Shown here piece after piece: positions 17,133 to 32,000 of a DNA stretch of 32,000 bases (its first letter is position 1; each line of letters opens with the position of its first letter). The translations under genes were made by a program, and so were the position numbers. Origin of the DNA: Rhodocyclaceae bacterium (GTDB lineage: Bacteria > Pseudomonadota > Gammaproteobacteria > Burkholderiales > Rhodocyclaceae); the NCBI GenBank assembly GCA_018262775.1, contig JADFDU010000033.1, positions 97,725 to 129,724 on the forward strand, read 5' to 3'. Under the pieces are notes generated by a model, which saw nothing but the letters and a program-made list of their open reading frames with translations, made no database searches and had not been told where the DNA came from.

Positions 17133-19570
17133 ATGACCATGTCGTTCGAAAGCATCCAGACCACAGGAGGCGGAATGGCTTACTGTGCTTTTTTCTCGGC
17201 TCTAACAGGCAGCGCGCCTTATGACTACCAGGAGCGCCTTGCGGGCGAGCCCTGGCCGGATCTGTTGGATGTACCCACCGGGCTGGGTAAGACCAGTGCG
17301 GTGACCTTGGCATGGGCTTGGAAGCGTGGGCTGCGCCCCGGCGGAGTTCGCGTGGCACCCGATGCTTACACACCCCGACGGCTCGTCTGGTGTCTCCCCA
17401 TGCGCGTTCTGGTTGAGCAAACCCACGAGAATGTATGCCGCTGGCTAAGTGCTGCCAATCATCTTGGTGCAGCAGGCGAAGGCAAAGTGTCCGTCCACCT
17501 CCTCATGGGTGGCGAGGAGGACCTTAAGACCTGGGCCGAACAGCCCGAGGAGAACATGATCCTCATCGGCACCCAGGACATGCTGCTTTCCCGTGCACTC
17601 ATGCGCGGCTACGGCATGAGCCGTTATCAGTGGCCGGTGCATTTCGCCTTTCTGCACAACGATGCCCTGTGGGTGTTCGACGAAGTACAGTTGATGGGTG
17701 CGGGGCTTGCCACCTCGGCGCAACTTGCGGCTTTTCGCCACGATCTTCCGCTCGGGGCCGGCTCCCGCTCTTTATGGATGTCCGCCACGCTGAATGCGGA
17801 CTGGCTTGCCACGGTGGATTTCCGGCCGCGTTTGCCCGGACTTTCTCCATTTTCTCTGACGGAAGAAGAGCGTCTCAGCGAAACGGTTCGTCGCCGGCGC
17901 GAAGCGGTGAAGCGGTTGGTCCGCGCTGACGTGGAGCTTGCTACGGACAATGTCGCCGCTTACGCCAAGTCGCTGGCTGAACAGGTTCTCGCCGCCCATT
18001 CGCCGGGCGCCCAGACCATCGTCATCGCCAACACCGTCGGTCGCGCCCAAGCCTTGTTCGCGGCGCTGGACAAACTCAAACCCGCTGCCGAGCGCCTGCT
18101 GGTCCACGCTCGCTTCCGCGCGCGGGAGCGGGCCGAACTCAACCACAAACTCGCTGAAACTCCCGACCTGGCCGGCCCCGGCCGCATCGTCATCGCCACC
18201 CAGGCCATCGAGGCCGGCGTGGATATTTCCAGCAAGGTTCTGTTTACAGAACTCGCTCCATGGGCTTCGCTCGTACAGCGGTTCGGCCGCTGCAATCGTT
18301 ACGGCGAATGGAACGAAACGGGCGGCGCCGATGCTTACTGGATCGATGTGACACAGGGCCAAGCCAGTCCTTACTCCGAAGCTGACCTTGTCACGGCGCG
18401 CGCCAAGCTGGAAGGGCTCCGATCCGCCAACTCTGCCGATCTGCCTGCTACCACCGAAGCTGCGCCGCTCAGCCCGGTGTTGCGTCGGCGCGACTTCCTT
18501 GACCTTTTCAACACCGATTCCGACCTGTCCGGTTTCGACACCGACATTTCTCCGTACATCCGCGACGCCGACGATCTCGACGCCCAGGTGTTCTGGCGCG
18601 ATCTCGCGGGCGATGTCGAAGGCCAGCCGCAGCCGGCACGGGAGGAAATCTGCCGGGCATCGCTCTCGCAACTCGGCGCATATCTCAAGAAGCGCAAGGG
18701 CGAGAATGCGGCGTGGCGCTGGGATGCGCTTGCCGGTCGATGGGTGCCGCTCCGCGACAGGGCACGACCGGGACTCGTGCTCATGCTCGACGTCCGTCTG
18801 GGTGGCTACGACACGCGGCTGGGCTTCGACCCCGACCAGCACAAACTCCCCGTGCCGGTCTTGACACCCATCATGCCGGAACCGACTGCCGATGCTTACG
18901 ACGGAGATCCTCGCAGTCGACAGAACCGGCCTGTCGAACTCGTGGTTCACCTGACAGATGTCGAGCAAGAAGTGCGCGGCCTCGCGACGGCATTCGGATT
19001 GGCATCGGCCGATGTTGAAGCCGCCGCCCGCGCCGGGCGTTGGCACGACGTGGGCAAGGCGCACGAAGTCTTCCGTGCCACCCTGACTGCTTGCGGTGAA
19101 ATGACGGAGCAGGCGGATCGCCTGTGGGCCAAGTCTCCCTGTCGAGGCCGGCACGCGCGGCCGCATTTCCGCCATGAACTGGCCTCCATGCTGGCCTGGA
19201 TAACCCACCGCCAGAACGAGCCCGACGCAGATCTTGTGGCTTATCTGATCGTCGCCCACCACGGTAAGGTTCGAATGAGTCTGCGCGCGCTGCCGGAAGA
19301 GCGGGCGCCGGCTCAACGTGATCGACGCTACGCGCGGGGCGTGTGGGAGGGAGACTCGCTGCCAGCAATCGAACTGCCTGTGGAATCCATTCCTGAAACC
19401 ACCCTGAGCCTCGATCTCATGGAACTTGGCGAAGGCGACATGGGACCGTCCTGGGCCGACCGGGTGCAACGGCTTCTCGATGCTCACGGCCCATTCCGTC
19501 TCGCTTGGCTGGAAGCGCTGGTGCGGATCGCCGACTGGCGGGCGTCAAGAAAGGAACAGGAGGATCAGGC

Positions 19571-19574
<4 letters not shown>
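17133..19574 (+). CDS. cas3: Type I-G (I-U) Cas3 helicase-nuclease with C-terminal HD domain
   Basis: Helicase motif I VPTGLGKTS, motif II VFDEVQLMG, motif VI-like QRFGRCNR. HD motifs sit in the last quarter (HLTDVEQ, WHDVGKAH, HELAS, VAHHGKVR). An alternative start is ATG at 17175, after AGGAGG. Confidence 0.9.
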
Positions 19575-22752
<3,178 letters not shown>

Positions 22753-22755
22753 GCC

Positions 22756-24285
22756 ATGCTCGCCGTCGCCTTCACCTTTCCCGTCGGGCGCTATCACGCC
22801 ACGCCATGGGGCCGGCACGTCAATGAGGCCGATCTGGAATGGCCGCCTTCGCCCTGGCGTATCACCCGTGCGCTCATTGCCGTCTGGCATCGCAAGCTCG
22901 ACCCCGCACGGCGCGACATCGCGCTGCTTGAGCGCCTGCTTGGCAAGCTTGCCGCGGAAGCGCCCCATTACCGCGTACCCGAAGCCGTTCATGCCCACAC
23001 CCGCCACTACATGCCCGGCAAGAGTCACAAGCGCACACTTATCTTCGATGCCTTCGCACGGCTCGATGCCAAGGAAGCGCTGACCGCTGTCTGGCCGGAC
23101 GTGGACCTTGAACCCAATGAGGCCACATTGCTGGACGAACTGCTGGTGGGACTTGGCTTCCTCGGCCGCGCCGAAAGTTGGGTGGACGCGGCGCGGCTGC
23201 CCGATTGGTTCGACGAGTGCAACTGCGTGCCGGGAGAAGAGGAGGTAGATACCGCCACGGGCGAAGTGCGGGAGCGACTCGCCCTGCTCGCGCCCATGCC
23301 GCCAGCCGACTACGCCATGTTTCAGCGGACCCAGATCGACGGTATCGCCAAGCGGACTGACCTTAAAACAAAGGAGCGGAAAGCCGTAGCCGTCACCCTG
23401 CCCGATTCCTGGCTTTCCGCCGTCTCGCTGGATACTGACCGGCTTCGTGCCGTCGGTTGGAGCGCACCGCCTGCTGCGAGGAGCGTCGCTTATCTGCGCC
23501 CCGCCGGACTGTTGCGCCCTGTTGCGCAGGCCCATCGCCGCACGCTCGAGCTGCCTTCTGTCACCACCTTTCGCTTTGCCCTTTATGGCAAGCCCTTGCC
23601 CCGCATCGAGGATGCGGTGCGAGTGGGGGAGTGGCTGCGGGCCGCCGTCATGAGCCGGGCCAAGCGCAAATGCGGCGAAGACGCCATTCCGTCCGTGCTG
23701 TCCGGCCACGGACTGGAGAAAGCGGATGTCCACGGCCATGCTTTCTGGCTGCCCGAAGATGCCGATGGAGACGGACGCATCGATCATCTGCTGGTGCGCG
23801 TTCCTGCCGGCCTGTCCGGCAAATCTCGCGCGGCGGTGGAATCACTGCGTCGGCTATGGAATCACGATGGCCAGGAATGGCAAGTGGTGTTGGAAGGCGC
23901 TGGAGGAGTAGAAATTTTTGCAGGTTCGGCCATCGCCGGATCAGTCCTCTGCGGTAGCGGACAAGTATTTGAGACAGTGACACCCTACCTCATGCCTTGG
24001 CATGCCAAACCCTGCTTTGGCGTGGAAGAACAGGTTCGCCGGGAATGCCGCACACGTGGTCTGCCTGAGCCGGCGAGCGTGGAGATGCTGCAACGCATCT
24101 GTATCGCCGGTCGCGAGCGAACGCCACTTGATTTCCACCGCTTCCGGACAAAACGTGGGCACATCCAGCCCGACACGCGAGGGCATTTTTTGCGCCTGAC
24201 CTTTTCAAAACCGGTTTCAGGACCGCTGGCCTTGGGCTTCGGCTGCCACTTCGGGCTAGGGCAGTTCGTCGCCAGGAGATCGTAG
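22756..24285 (+). CDS. csb2: Type I-G Cas5-Cas6 fusion (Csb2, GSU0054 family)
   Basis: ATG at 22756 after GGGGAG. The N-terminus GRYHATPWGRHVNEADLEWPPSPWRITRALIAVW is the Csb2 signature as I recall it. 509 aa. Confidence 0.8.
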   Translation: MLAVAFTFPVGRYHATPWGRHVNEADLEWPPSPWRITRALIAVWHRKLDPARRDIALLERLLGKLAAEAPHYRVPEAVHAHTRHYMPGKSHKRTLIFDAFARLDAKEALTAVWPDVDLEPNEATLLDELLVGLGFLGRAESWVDAARLPDWFDECNCVPGEEEVDTATGEVRERLALLAPMPPADYAMFQRTQIDGIAKRTDLKTKERKAVAVTLPDSWLSAVSLDTDRLRAVGWSAPPAARSVAYLRPAGLLRPVAQAHRRTLELPSVTTFRFALYGKPLPRIEDAVRVGEWLRAAVMSRAKRKCGEDAIPSVLSGHGLEKADVHGHAFWLPEDADGDGRIDHLLVRVPAGLSGKSRAAVESLRRLWNHDGQEWQVVLEGAGGVEIFAGSAIAGSVLCGSGQVFETVTPYLMPWHAKPCFGVEEQVRRECRTRGLPEPASVEMLQRICIAGRERTPLDFHRFRTKRGHIQPDTRGHFLRLTFSKPVSGPLALGFGCHFGLGQFVARRS

Positions 24286-24371
24286 CCGCAAGTAGCGCCT
24301 TCCACCGAGGGCAATTAGAATGAACACGTCAGCCCACCAATCGAATATTTGGACGAGGCAGGAGATACGTC

Positions 24372-24677
24372 ATGATTAATCCAATGCTGAAGGTTCCGCG
24401 CGACAAGCTCCCGGAGTTTTGTCGGGCACATCACATTTCGGAGCTGGCCGTGTTCGGCTCTGCTACGCGCGCCGACTTCCGGCCGGATGAGAGCGACGTG
24501 GACTTGCTGGTTACGTTCGATCCGGATGCGAAGTTCGGCTTGCTTGCCTATGGCCGCATTGCGCGTGAACTCTCGGAACTGTTCGGACGCAAGGTCGACC
24601 TTGTGGAAAAGCGGGGGCTGAAGCCGGCCATGCGTGAAAGCGTGTTGGGGACGGAAGAAATCTTGTATGCGAAGTGA
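24372..24677 (+). CDS. mntA: Minimal nucleotidyltransferase antitoxin (MNT/MntA)
   Basis: 101 aa. The NTase motif GSATRADFRPDESDVDLLV has the G-S...D-x-D pattern. AGGAGA lies 5 nt upstream. The gene overlaps the downstream HEPN gene by 11 nt. Confidence 0.8.
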   Translation: MINPMLKVPRDKLPEFCRAHHISELAVFGSATRADFRPDESDVDLLVTFDPDAKFGLLAYGRIARELSELFGRKVDLVEKRGLKPAMRESVLGTEEILYAK

Positions 24678-25014
24678 GAAGGTCTATCTTCAAGACATGG
24701 TCGACGCTTTGCGAGAGCTGGTCGCGTTCGTGAAAGGCGTGGACGATCTGGGTTTTCGGCAGAATCCGCTCTTGCGCAAGGCGGTGCTGATGCAGCTCGT
24801 CATCGTCGGGGAGGCGGGAAATCATATCGGGCCGGCACTGCGGGCCAAGTACCCCGCAATCCCATGGGCCGACATAATCGGCTTCCGCAATTACGCCGTG
24901 CATGGTTATTTCCAGATGAATTGGGAAATCGTCTGGCGCACGGCTGTTGAAGACGCGCCGGACTTGCTCCCCGGAATCGAATCGATCCTCGCCAACGAAT
25001 TTACAGAAGACTAA
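24667..25014 (+). CDS. hepT: HEPN-domain (DUF86) toxin HepT
   Basis: ATG at 24667. 115 aa. The R-x4-H HEPN catalytic motif is in FRNYAVHGY. Classic two-gene MNT-HEPN arrangement. Confidence 0.8.
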   Translation: MRSEKVYLQDMVDALRELVAFVKGVDDLGFRQNPLLRKAVLMQLVIVGEAGNHIGPALRAKYPAIPWADIIGFRNYAVHGYFQMNWEIVWRTAVEDAPDLLPGIESILANEFTED

Positions 25015-25051
25015 CTCCATCGCCGAACGGACCCCGGGAAAGGAAGCGACC

Positions 25052-26751
<1,700 letters not shown>

Positions 26752-26755
<4 letters not shown>

Positions 26756-27048
26756 GCGCGACGGAACGCCTGTGCATCGTCTGCTACGACGTGCGCCACC
26801 CGCGCCGCTGGCGGCGTCTGTTTCGCATCATGAAGGGCTACGGCGAATGGCTGCAACTTTCGGTGTTTCAATGCCGGCTGGACGCGCAGCGCCGTGTGAC
26901 GCTGGAAGCGGAACTCACCGAAGTGATCCAGGTCGGAGAAGATCATGTGCTCATCATCGACATTGGCCCGGCGGATCAGGTGGCGCCGCGATTTCACAGC
27001 CTGGGACTGTCGTTCGATCCGCTGGAACGCGGACCGATGATCGTTTGA
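26752..27048 (+). CDS. cas2: Cas2
   Basis: ATG at 26752 overlaps the cas4-cas1 stop (ATGA). 98 aa. LCIVCYDV...WLQLSVFQCRL...VLIIDIG is the Cas2 ferredoxin-fold pattern. Confidence 0.85.
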
Positions 27049-27248
27049 CTGCCGATTTGATGCGAGCGCTTTGATGCGTGCTGCCGGTGCATAGGCGCTC
27101 GCGGTGCAGGAGTTCTTTGAAAATTTGGGGAAAACCACAATATCCCGACGCGATATGATCGCCTTGCATTTAACCTGCGAGCGAAAAGCGCTTACTGCTC
27201 GCGAATCACTGCGGCAAGCCAGGTAAAATGCGACTTCCCGAGCGGTGG
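27049..27248 (+). promoter_or_regulatory. CRISPR leader
   Basis: A 200-nt non-coding stretch between cas2 and the first repeat, more AT-rich than its flanks. It contains TTGAAAATTTGGGGAAAACC, a -10-like TAAAAT (27224-27229) and the small hairpin GCGAGC...GCTCGC. The degenerate repeat at the opposite end of the array supports this polarity. Confidence 0.55.
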
Positions 27249-29345
27249 GTTTTCCGGGGCATCGATGCCCCGGCCTCATTGAAGCGGGTGCCGCCGTTGT
27301 CTCCAACTTAGCTCCCACGTTCGGTTTTCCGGGGCATCGATGCCCCGGCCTCATTGAAGCAGCTACAAGCGCCCGGTGCTGCTGGAAATGGCCGAGTTTT
27401 CCGGGGCATCGATGCCCCGGCCTCATTGAAGCTACTTCGGTCACGATTACTACTGTTTTTCCGGATGGTGTTTTCCGGGGCATCGATGCCCCGGCCTCAT
27501 TGAAGCGAGAAAGGGGTAATCGCGCTGCCGTTTGAATGTCGCGTTTTCCGGGGCATCGATGCCCCGGCCTCATTGAAGCTTTTTCAGCCAGGGCAGCATG
27601 GCTGCGATGTTCGAGGTTTTCCGGGGCATCGATGCCCCGGCCTCATTGAAGCTGGGCGTCCCAGTAGTCGGCGCGATAGATGTCCTGGTTTTCCGGGGCA
27701 TCGATGCCCCGGCCTCATTGAAGCCGATTCCAGGAATGAAAAGACCCGCCGGAGCGGGCGGTTTTCCGGGGCATCGATGCCCCGGCCTCATTGAAGCCTC
27801 CTTTGCCATCGCACATTGAACCGCGTCGCCATCGTTTTCCGGGGCATCGATGCCCCGGCCTCATTGAAGCATGAAAGCTGCGCCGAGACCCTGCACCTAC
27901 CCGGGCTGGTTTTCCGGGGCATCGATGCCCCGGCCTCATTGAAGCATCGTCAAGAAAAGAATCATCACCGCGCCGATGATCGTTTTCCGGGGCATCGATG
28001 CCCCGGCCTCATTGAAGCATTCATTCCTCCTAGTCAATAGCCTTCAAAACGTCGGTTTTCCGGGGCATCGATGCCCCGGCCTCATTGAAGCTATGTAGTC
28101 TGCCATCTTACGCAACCAAGATGGATCAGTTTTCCGGGGCATCGATGCCCCGGCCTCATTGAAGCGGCTCCGGCGAAGTCGCGCCGGGCGCGCACCTGTC
28201 CGCCGTTTTCCGGGGCATCGATGCCCCGGCCTCATTGAAGCGTCCCGCGCGAATTTGTCCCGCGCGAATTTGTCCGGGTTTTCCGGGGCATCGATGCCCC
28301 GGCCTCATTGAAGCAACGCGTCGCATGCGTGAGGCTTTGCGCTGCTGTAGGTTTTCCGGGGCATCGATGCCCCGGCCTCATTGAAGCGTTTCCAACATCT
28401 TGCTCAACTGCGTCCTGCTTTGGTTTTCCGGGGCATCGATGCCCCGGCCTCATTGAAGCCGACGCGCCCGCTGTATGGCCTGGATCGCCTCGCCGCGTTT
28501 TCCGGGGCATCGATGCCCCGGCCTCATTGAAGCTCACCGATCTTCAGCGGCGATTCGTCAGCCACCCAGCGTTTTCCGGGGCATCGATGCCCCGGCCTCA
28601 TTGAAGCTAGCCGTCGTAGGCGACGGCCAGCGCCGGCGTGGCGGTTTTCCGGGGCATCGATGCCCCGGCCTCATTGAAGCCGGTTCGTCCATGTAGGCAT
28701 CGGCATCCCGGAACAGTTTTCCGGGGCATCGATGCCCCGGCCTCATTGAAGCAGACGGCCGTCGATGCCGCCTTCCCCGAGGGCATCGCGTTTTCCGGGG
28801 CATCGATGCCCCGGCCTCATTGAAGCCACTACGCTCCGGGCGGTAATGCTACGGGTGTGGCTGGTTTTCCGGGGCATCGATGCCCCGGCCTCATTGAAGC
28901 GCGAATCTGTTGCGCAATGGAACGACGGCGAAACTATGTTTTCCGGGGCATCGATGCCCCGGCCTCATTGAAGCTTTTCACGGGCAACACCGTTTGTATC
29001 TACCCACTGGGTTTTCCGGGGCATCGATGCCCCGGCCTCATTGAAGCATCTCGACTCCATTGGTGGTGTCGGTTGCATGTCCTGTTTTCCGGGGCATCGA
29101 TGCCCCGGCCTCATTGAAGCCGGATGCGCGCGGCGCTGCCGAAGTCCAGGTCTGAAAGGTTTTCCGGGGCATCGATGCCCCGGCCTCATTGAAGCGAAGA
29201 GCATACTGCCGAGGGTAGAACCAAGGCTCCAGCCGTTTTCCGGGGCATCGATGCCCCGGCCTCATTGAAGCTTCTTCGACTGGCGCACGCCGCCCTCGAT
29301 CTGATACGGTTTTCCGGGGCATCGATGCCCCGGCCTGGCTCTGAC
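27249..29345 (+). CRISPR. CRISPR array: 29 repeats (28 identical plus 1 degenerate terminal) of 37 nt, 28 spacers of 35-39 nt
   Basis: The repeat GTTTTCCGGGGCATCGATGCCCCGGCCTCATTGAAGC was counted by hand. Starts: 27249, 27324, 27396, 27470, 27543, 27616, 27688, 27761, 27834, 27909, 27982, 28055, 28129, 28205, 28278, 28351, 28423, 28497, 28571, 28644, 28716, 28790, 28864, 28938, 29011, 29084, 29159, 29235, 29309. The last copy diverges after ...CCCCGGCCT. Confidence 0.97.
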
Positions 29346-29368
29346 AAGCGATGGCGGGCTGTCGCGAT

Positions 29369-29388
29369 GCCCCCCGAATTCGGGGGGG
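29369..29388. repeat. Perfect GC-clamped palindrome GCCCCCCGAATTCGGGGGGC
   Basis: Read directly. A 20-nt perfect palindrome centred on GAATTC, 24 nt after the degenerate terminal repeat. Confidence 0.7.
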
Positions 29389-29451
29389 GCGAGGGCGATA
29401 ACTCGTACGATGACAATCTGGACGCTTACTTTGCGCGAGAAATATCTCCTC

Positions 29452-29486
29452 CCTGCTCTGGAGAAGTTGAGCGGCGCCAGAGCAGG
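29452..29486 (-). terminator. Hairpin, candidate (bidirectional) terminator between the array and the aldolase gene
   Basis: A 10-bp perfect stem CCTGCTCTGG/CCAGAGCAGG with a 15-nt loop, 12 nt beyond the minus-strand stop at 29498-29500. An A/T-rich tract follows on the minus strand. The loop is long for an intrinsic terminator. Confidence 0.35.
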
Positions 29487-29497
29487 AGAGTGAAGCG

Positions 29498-30135
29498 CTA
29501 CTGTTGCTGGCCGTAACTCCCGAACTTTTCCAGCACGACGGCCATTTCCGCTTCGTCGAGCAGAACAGGCTGGCCGATCTGTAGCGCACGCCAGTACTGC
29601 TCGCATAACGCTTCGAACTCGATGGCCAGAGCCAGCGCTTGGCGCAGGTCGCGGCCGAAGACGAGCATGCCGTGGTTGGCGAGCAGGCAGGCGCAGCGGC
29701 CTTCGAGCGCCGCTAGCGCCTGGTCGGAGAGTGCCTGCGTGCCGAAGGTGGCGTAGGGCGCGCAGCGCACCGTGCTGCCGCCGAAGCGCGCGATCATGTA
29801 GTGGAACGGGGGGATGTCGGCGCCGATGCAGGCCAGCGCGGTGGCGAAGGGCGCGTGGGCGTGGATGATGGCGCCGGCCTCGGCGCGCGCGGCGTAGAGG
29901 TCGCGGTGGAAGCGCCATTCGGAGGAGGGCTTGCACGCGCCATGCCAGCTGCCGTCGAACGCCATCGGCACGATGTCGCCCGGTTGTATCTCGTCGCCGG
30001 CAAATCCGGTCGGCGTGACGAGAAAGCCTTCGTTCCAGCGTGCGCTGACGTTGCCCGCCGTGCCGCGGTTGAGGTTGTGTGCAGTCAGGGCATGCACGGC
30101 GGCGACGATGCCTTCGCGCAGGTCGATCTGGGTCA

Positions 30136-30136
<1 letters not shown>
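29498..30136 (-). CDS. Class II aldolase, FucA-like; candidate 5-methylthioribulose-1-phosphate aldolase/dehydratase
   Basis: The internal ATG at 30136 gives 212 aa that run collinear with L-fuculose-phosphate aldolase blocks: NRGTAGNVSAR, TPTG, PSSEWRFH, IHAHAPFATAL, IPPFHYMIA, CAPYATFGT, LANHGMLVFG, VVLEKF. Confidence 0.85.
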
Positions 30137-31230
<1,094 letters not shown>

Positions 31231-31261
31231 GTGAGGTGATTGTAGCTCACGGGATGGAATG

Positions 31262-31317
31262 CCATCCCCCCGCCCCCTTCTCGCGGAAGGGGGTGACGGT
31301 GGTTCGCTGCTGCGCGG
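31262..31317. repeat. REP-like hairpin element, copy B
   Basis: CCATCCCCCCGCCCCCTTCTCGCGGAAGGGGGTGACGGTGGTTCGCTGCTGCGCGG, with an 8-bp stem CCCCCTTC/GAAGGGGG. It lies in the divergent intergenic region between mtnA and the aminotransferase gene. Confidence 0.5.
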
Positions 31318-31355
31318 CTCCCTCGTATTGCGGGCTGGCATGGCACAATTCGGCC

Positions 31356-32000
31356 ATGCCGACTTTCCCCGCGCCCATCGAATCGCGCCTGCCCTGGGTG
31401 GGCACCACCATCTTCAGCGTCATGTCGCGCCTGGCGGCGCAGCACGGCGCCCTCAACCTGTCGCAGGGCTTTCCGGATTTCTCCGCGCCGCAGGCGCTGT
31501 TCGACCTCGTCGCCAAGCACATGCACGCCGGCGCCAACCAGTACGCGCTGATGGCCGGCGCGCTGCCGCTGCGCGAAGCCATCGCGGAAAAGGTCGCCGT
31601 GCTCTACGGACTGACTTTCGACGTCGAGCAGGAGATCACCGTCACGGCGGGGGCGACGCAGGCCATCTTCACGGCGGTGGCGGCGCTGGTGCGGCCGGGC
31701 GACGAGGTGATCGTCTTCGAGCCGGTATACGATTCCTACGTGCCGTCGATCGAGCTCAACGGCGGACGCGCCGTCTTCGCGCGACTGACTTTCCCCGCTT
31801 ACCGGCCGGACTGGCAGCAGGTGCGCGCGCTGCTCACGCCGAAGACGCGCATGATCATCCTCAACACGCCGCACAACCCGAGCGGCGCGGTGTGGGAAGC
31901 GGCGGACATGCAGGCGCTGGAGGCGCTCGTGCGCGGCACGAACATCGTGATTGTTGCAGACGAGGTGTACGAGCACATCGTCTTCGATAACCGCCGTCAC
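31356..32000 (+). CDS. PLP-dependent aminotransferase (class I/II, YbdL/methionine-aminotransferase-like), 3' end outside window
   Basis: Not in the supplied ORF track, which shows no + ORF in this frame; the frame has no stop before the window edge. My translation from ATG at 31356: MPTFPAPIESRLPWVGTTIFSVMSRLAAQHGALNLSQGFPDFSAPQ...NQYALMAGALPLREAIA...ILNTPHNPSGAVW...IVADEVYEHIVFD. These are typical fold-type I aminotransferase blocks. Confidence 0.8.
   Translation, partial: MPTFPAPIESRLPWVGTTIFSVMSRLAAQHGALNLSQGFPDFSAPQALFDLVAKHMHAGANQYALMAGALPLREAIAEKVAVLYGLTFDVEQEITVTAGATQAIFTAVAALVRPGDEVIVFEPVYDSYVPSIELNGGRAVFARLTFPAYRPDWQQVRALLTPKTRMIILNTPHNPSGAVWEAADMQALEALVRGTNIVIVADEVYEHIVFDNRRH

Noticed and set aside
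19255-19290. GGTTCGAAT-like string reminiscent of a tRNA T-arm
   Set aside because: It lies inside the cas3 HD-domain coding frame (HHGKVRMSL) and has no surrounding cloverleaf complementarity.
27433-27469. Spacer 3 contains GTTTTTCCGGA, resembling the first 11 nt of the repeat
   Set aside because: It matches only a short 5' segment, with an extra T and then divergence. Spacer length (37 nt) and unit periodicity are normal, so it is most likely chance rather than a decayed repeat.

Overview
High-GC proteobacterial chromosomal segment (betaproteobacterium-like, by inference only). Left third: the tail of an RND pump, a 7TMR-DISM-type hybrid histidine kinase, small membrane and transport genes (DUF2892, UPF0016/GDT1), a HAD hydrolase, and a translationally coupled TetR-MFP-FtsX-ABC (MacAB-like) efflux operon. 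Middle: an accessory-looking patch, followed by a four-gene oxidoreductase/oxidoreductase/GFA/MBL operon. The patch holds a lipoprotein-type patatin-like phospholipase bracketed by a duplicated 3' end of the ABC ATPase gene, two membrane proteins, a 460-aa secreted protein of unknown function and a NirD-like remnant. Right half: a complete type I-G (formerly I-U) CRISPR-Cas locus with cas3 (C-terminal HD), csx17, csb1, csb2, a cas4-cas1 fusion and cas2. Its array has 29 repeats of 37 nt and 28 spacers. An MntA/HepT (MNT-HEPN) toxin-antitoxin pair sits between the effector and adaptation modules. Downstream lie convergent mtnA plus a FucA-like class II aldolase (DHAP-shunt-like MTA salvage) and a partial aminotransferase that is missing from the ORF track. 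Two signals cut across the window: a strongly over-represented, strand-biased word GACTGACTTTC (10 exact CTGACTTT cores), and a REP-like hairpin element bracketing mtnA. No rRNA, tRNA, transposase or integrase was recognised. I found no clearly novel multi-gene system. The most unusual candidates are the TA-interrupted I-G locus, the over-represented word and the patatin cassette. All family calls rest on motif recognition by eye, with no database search.
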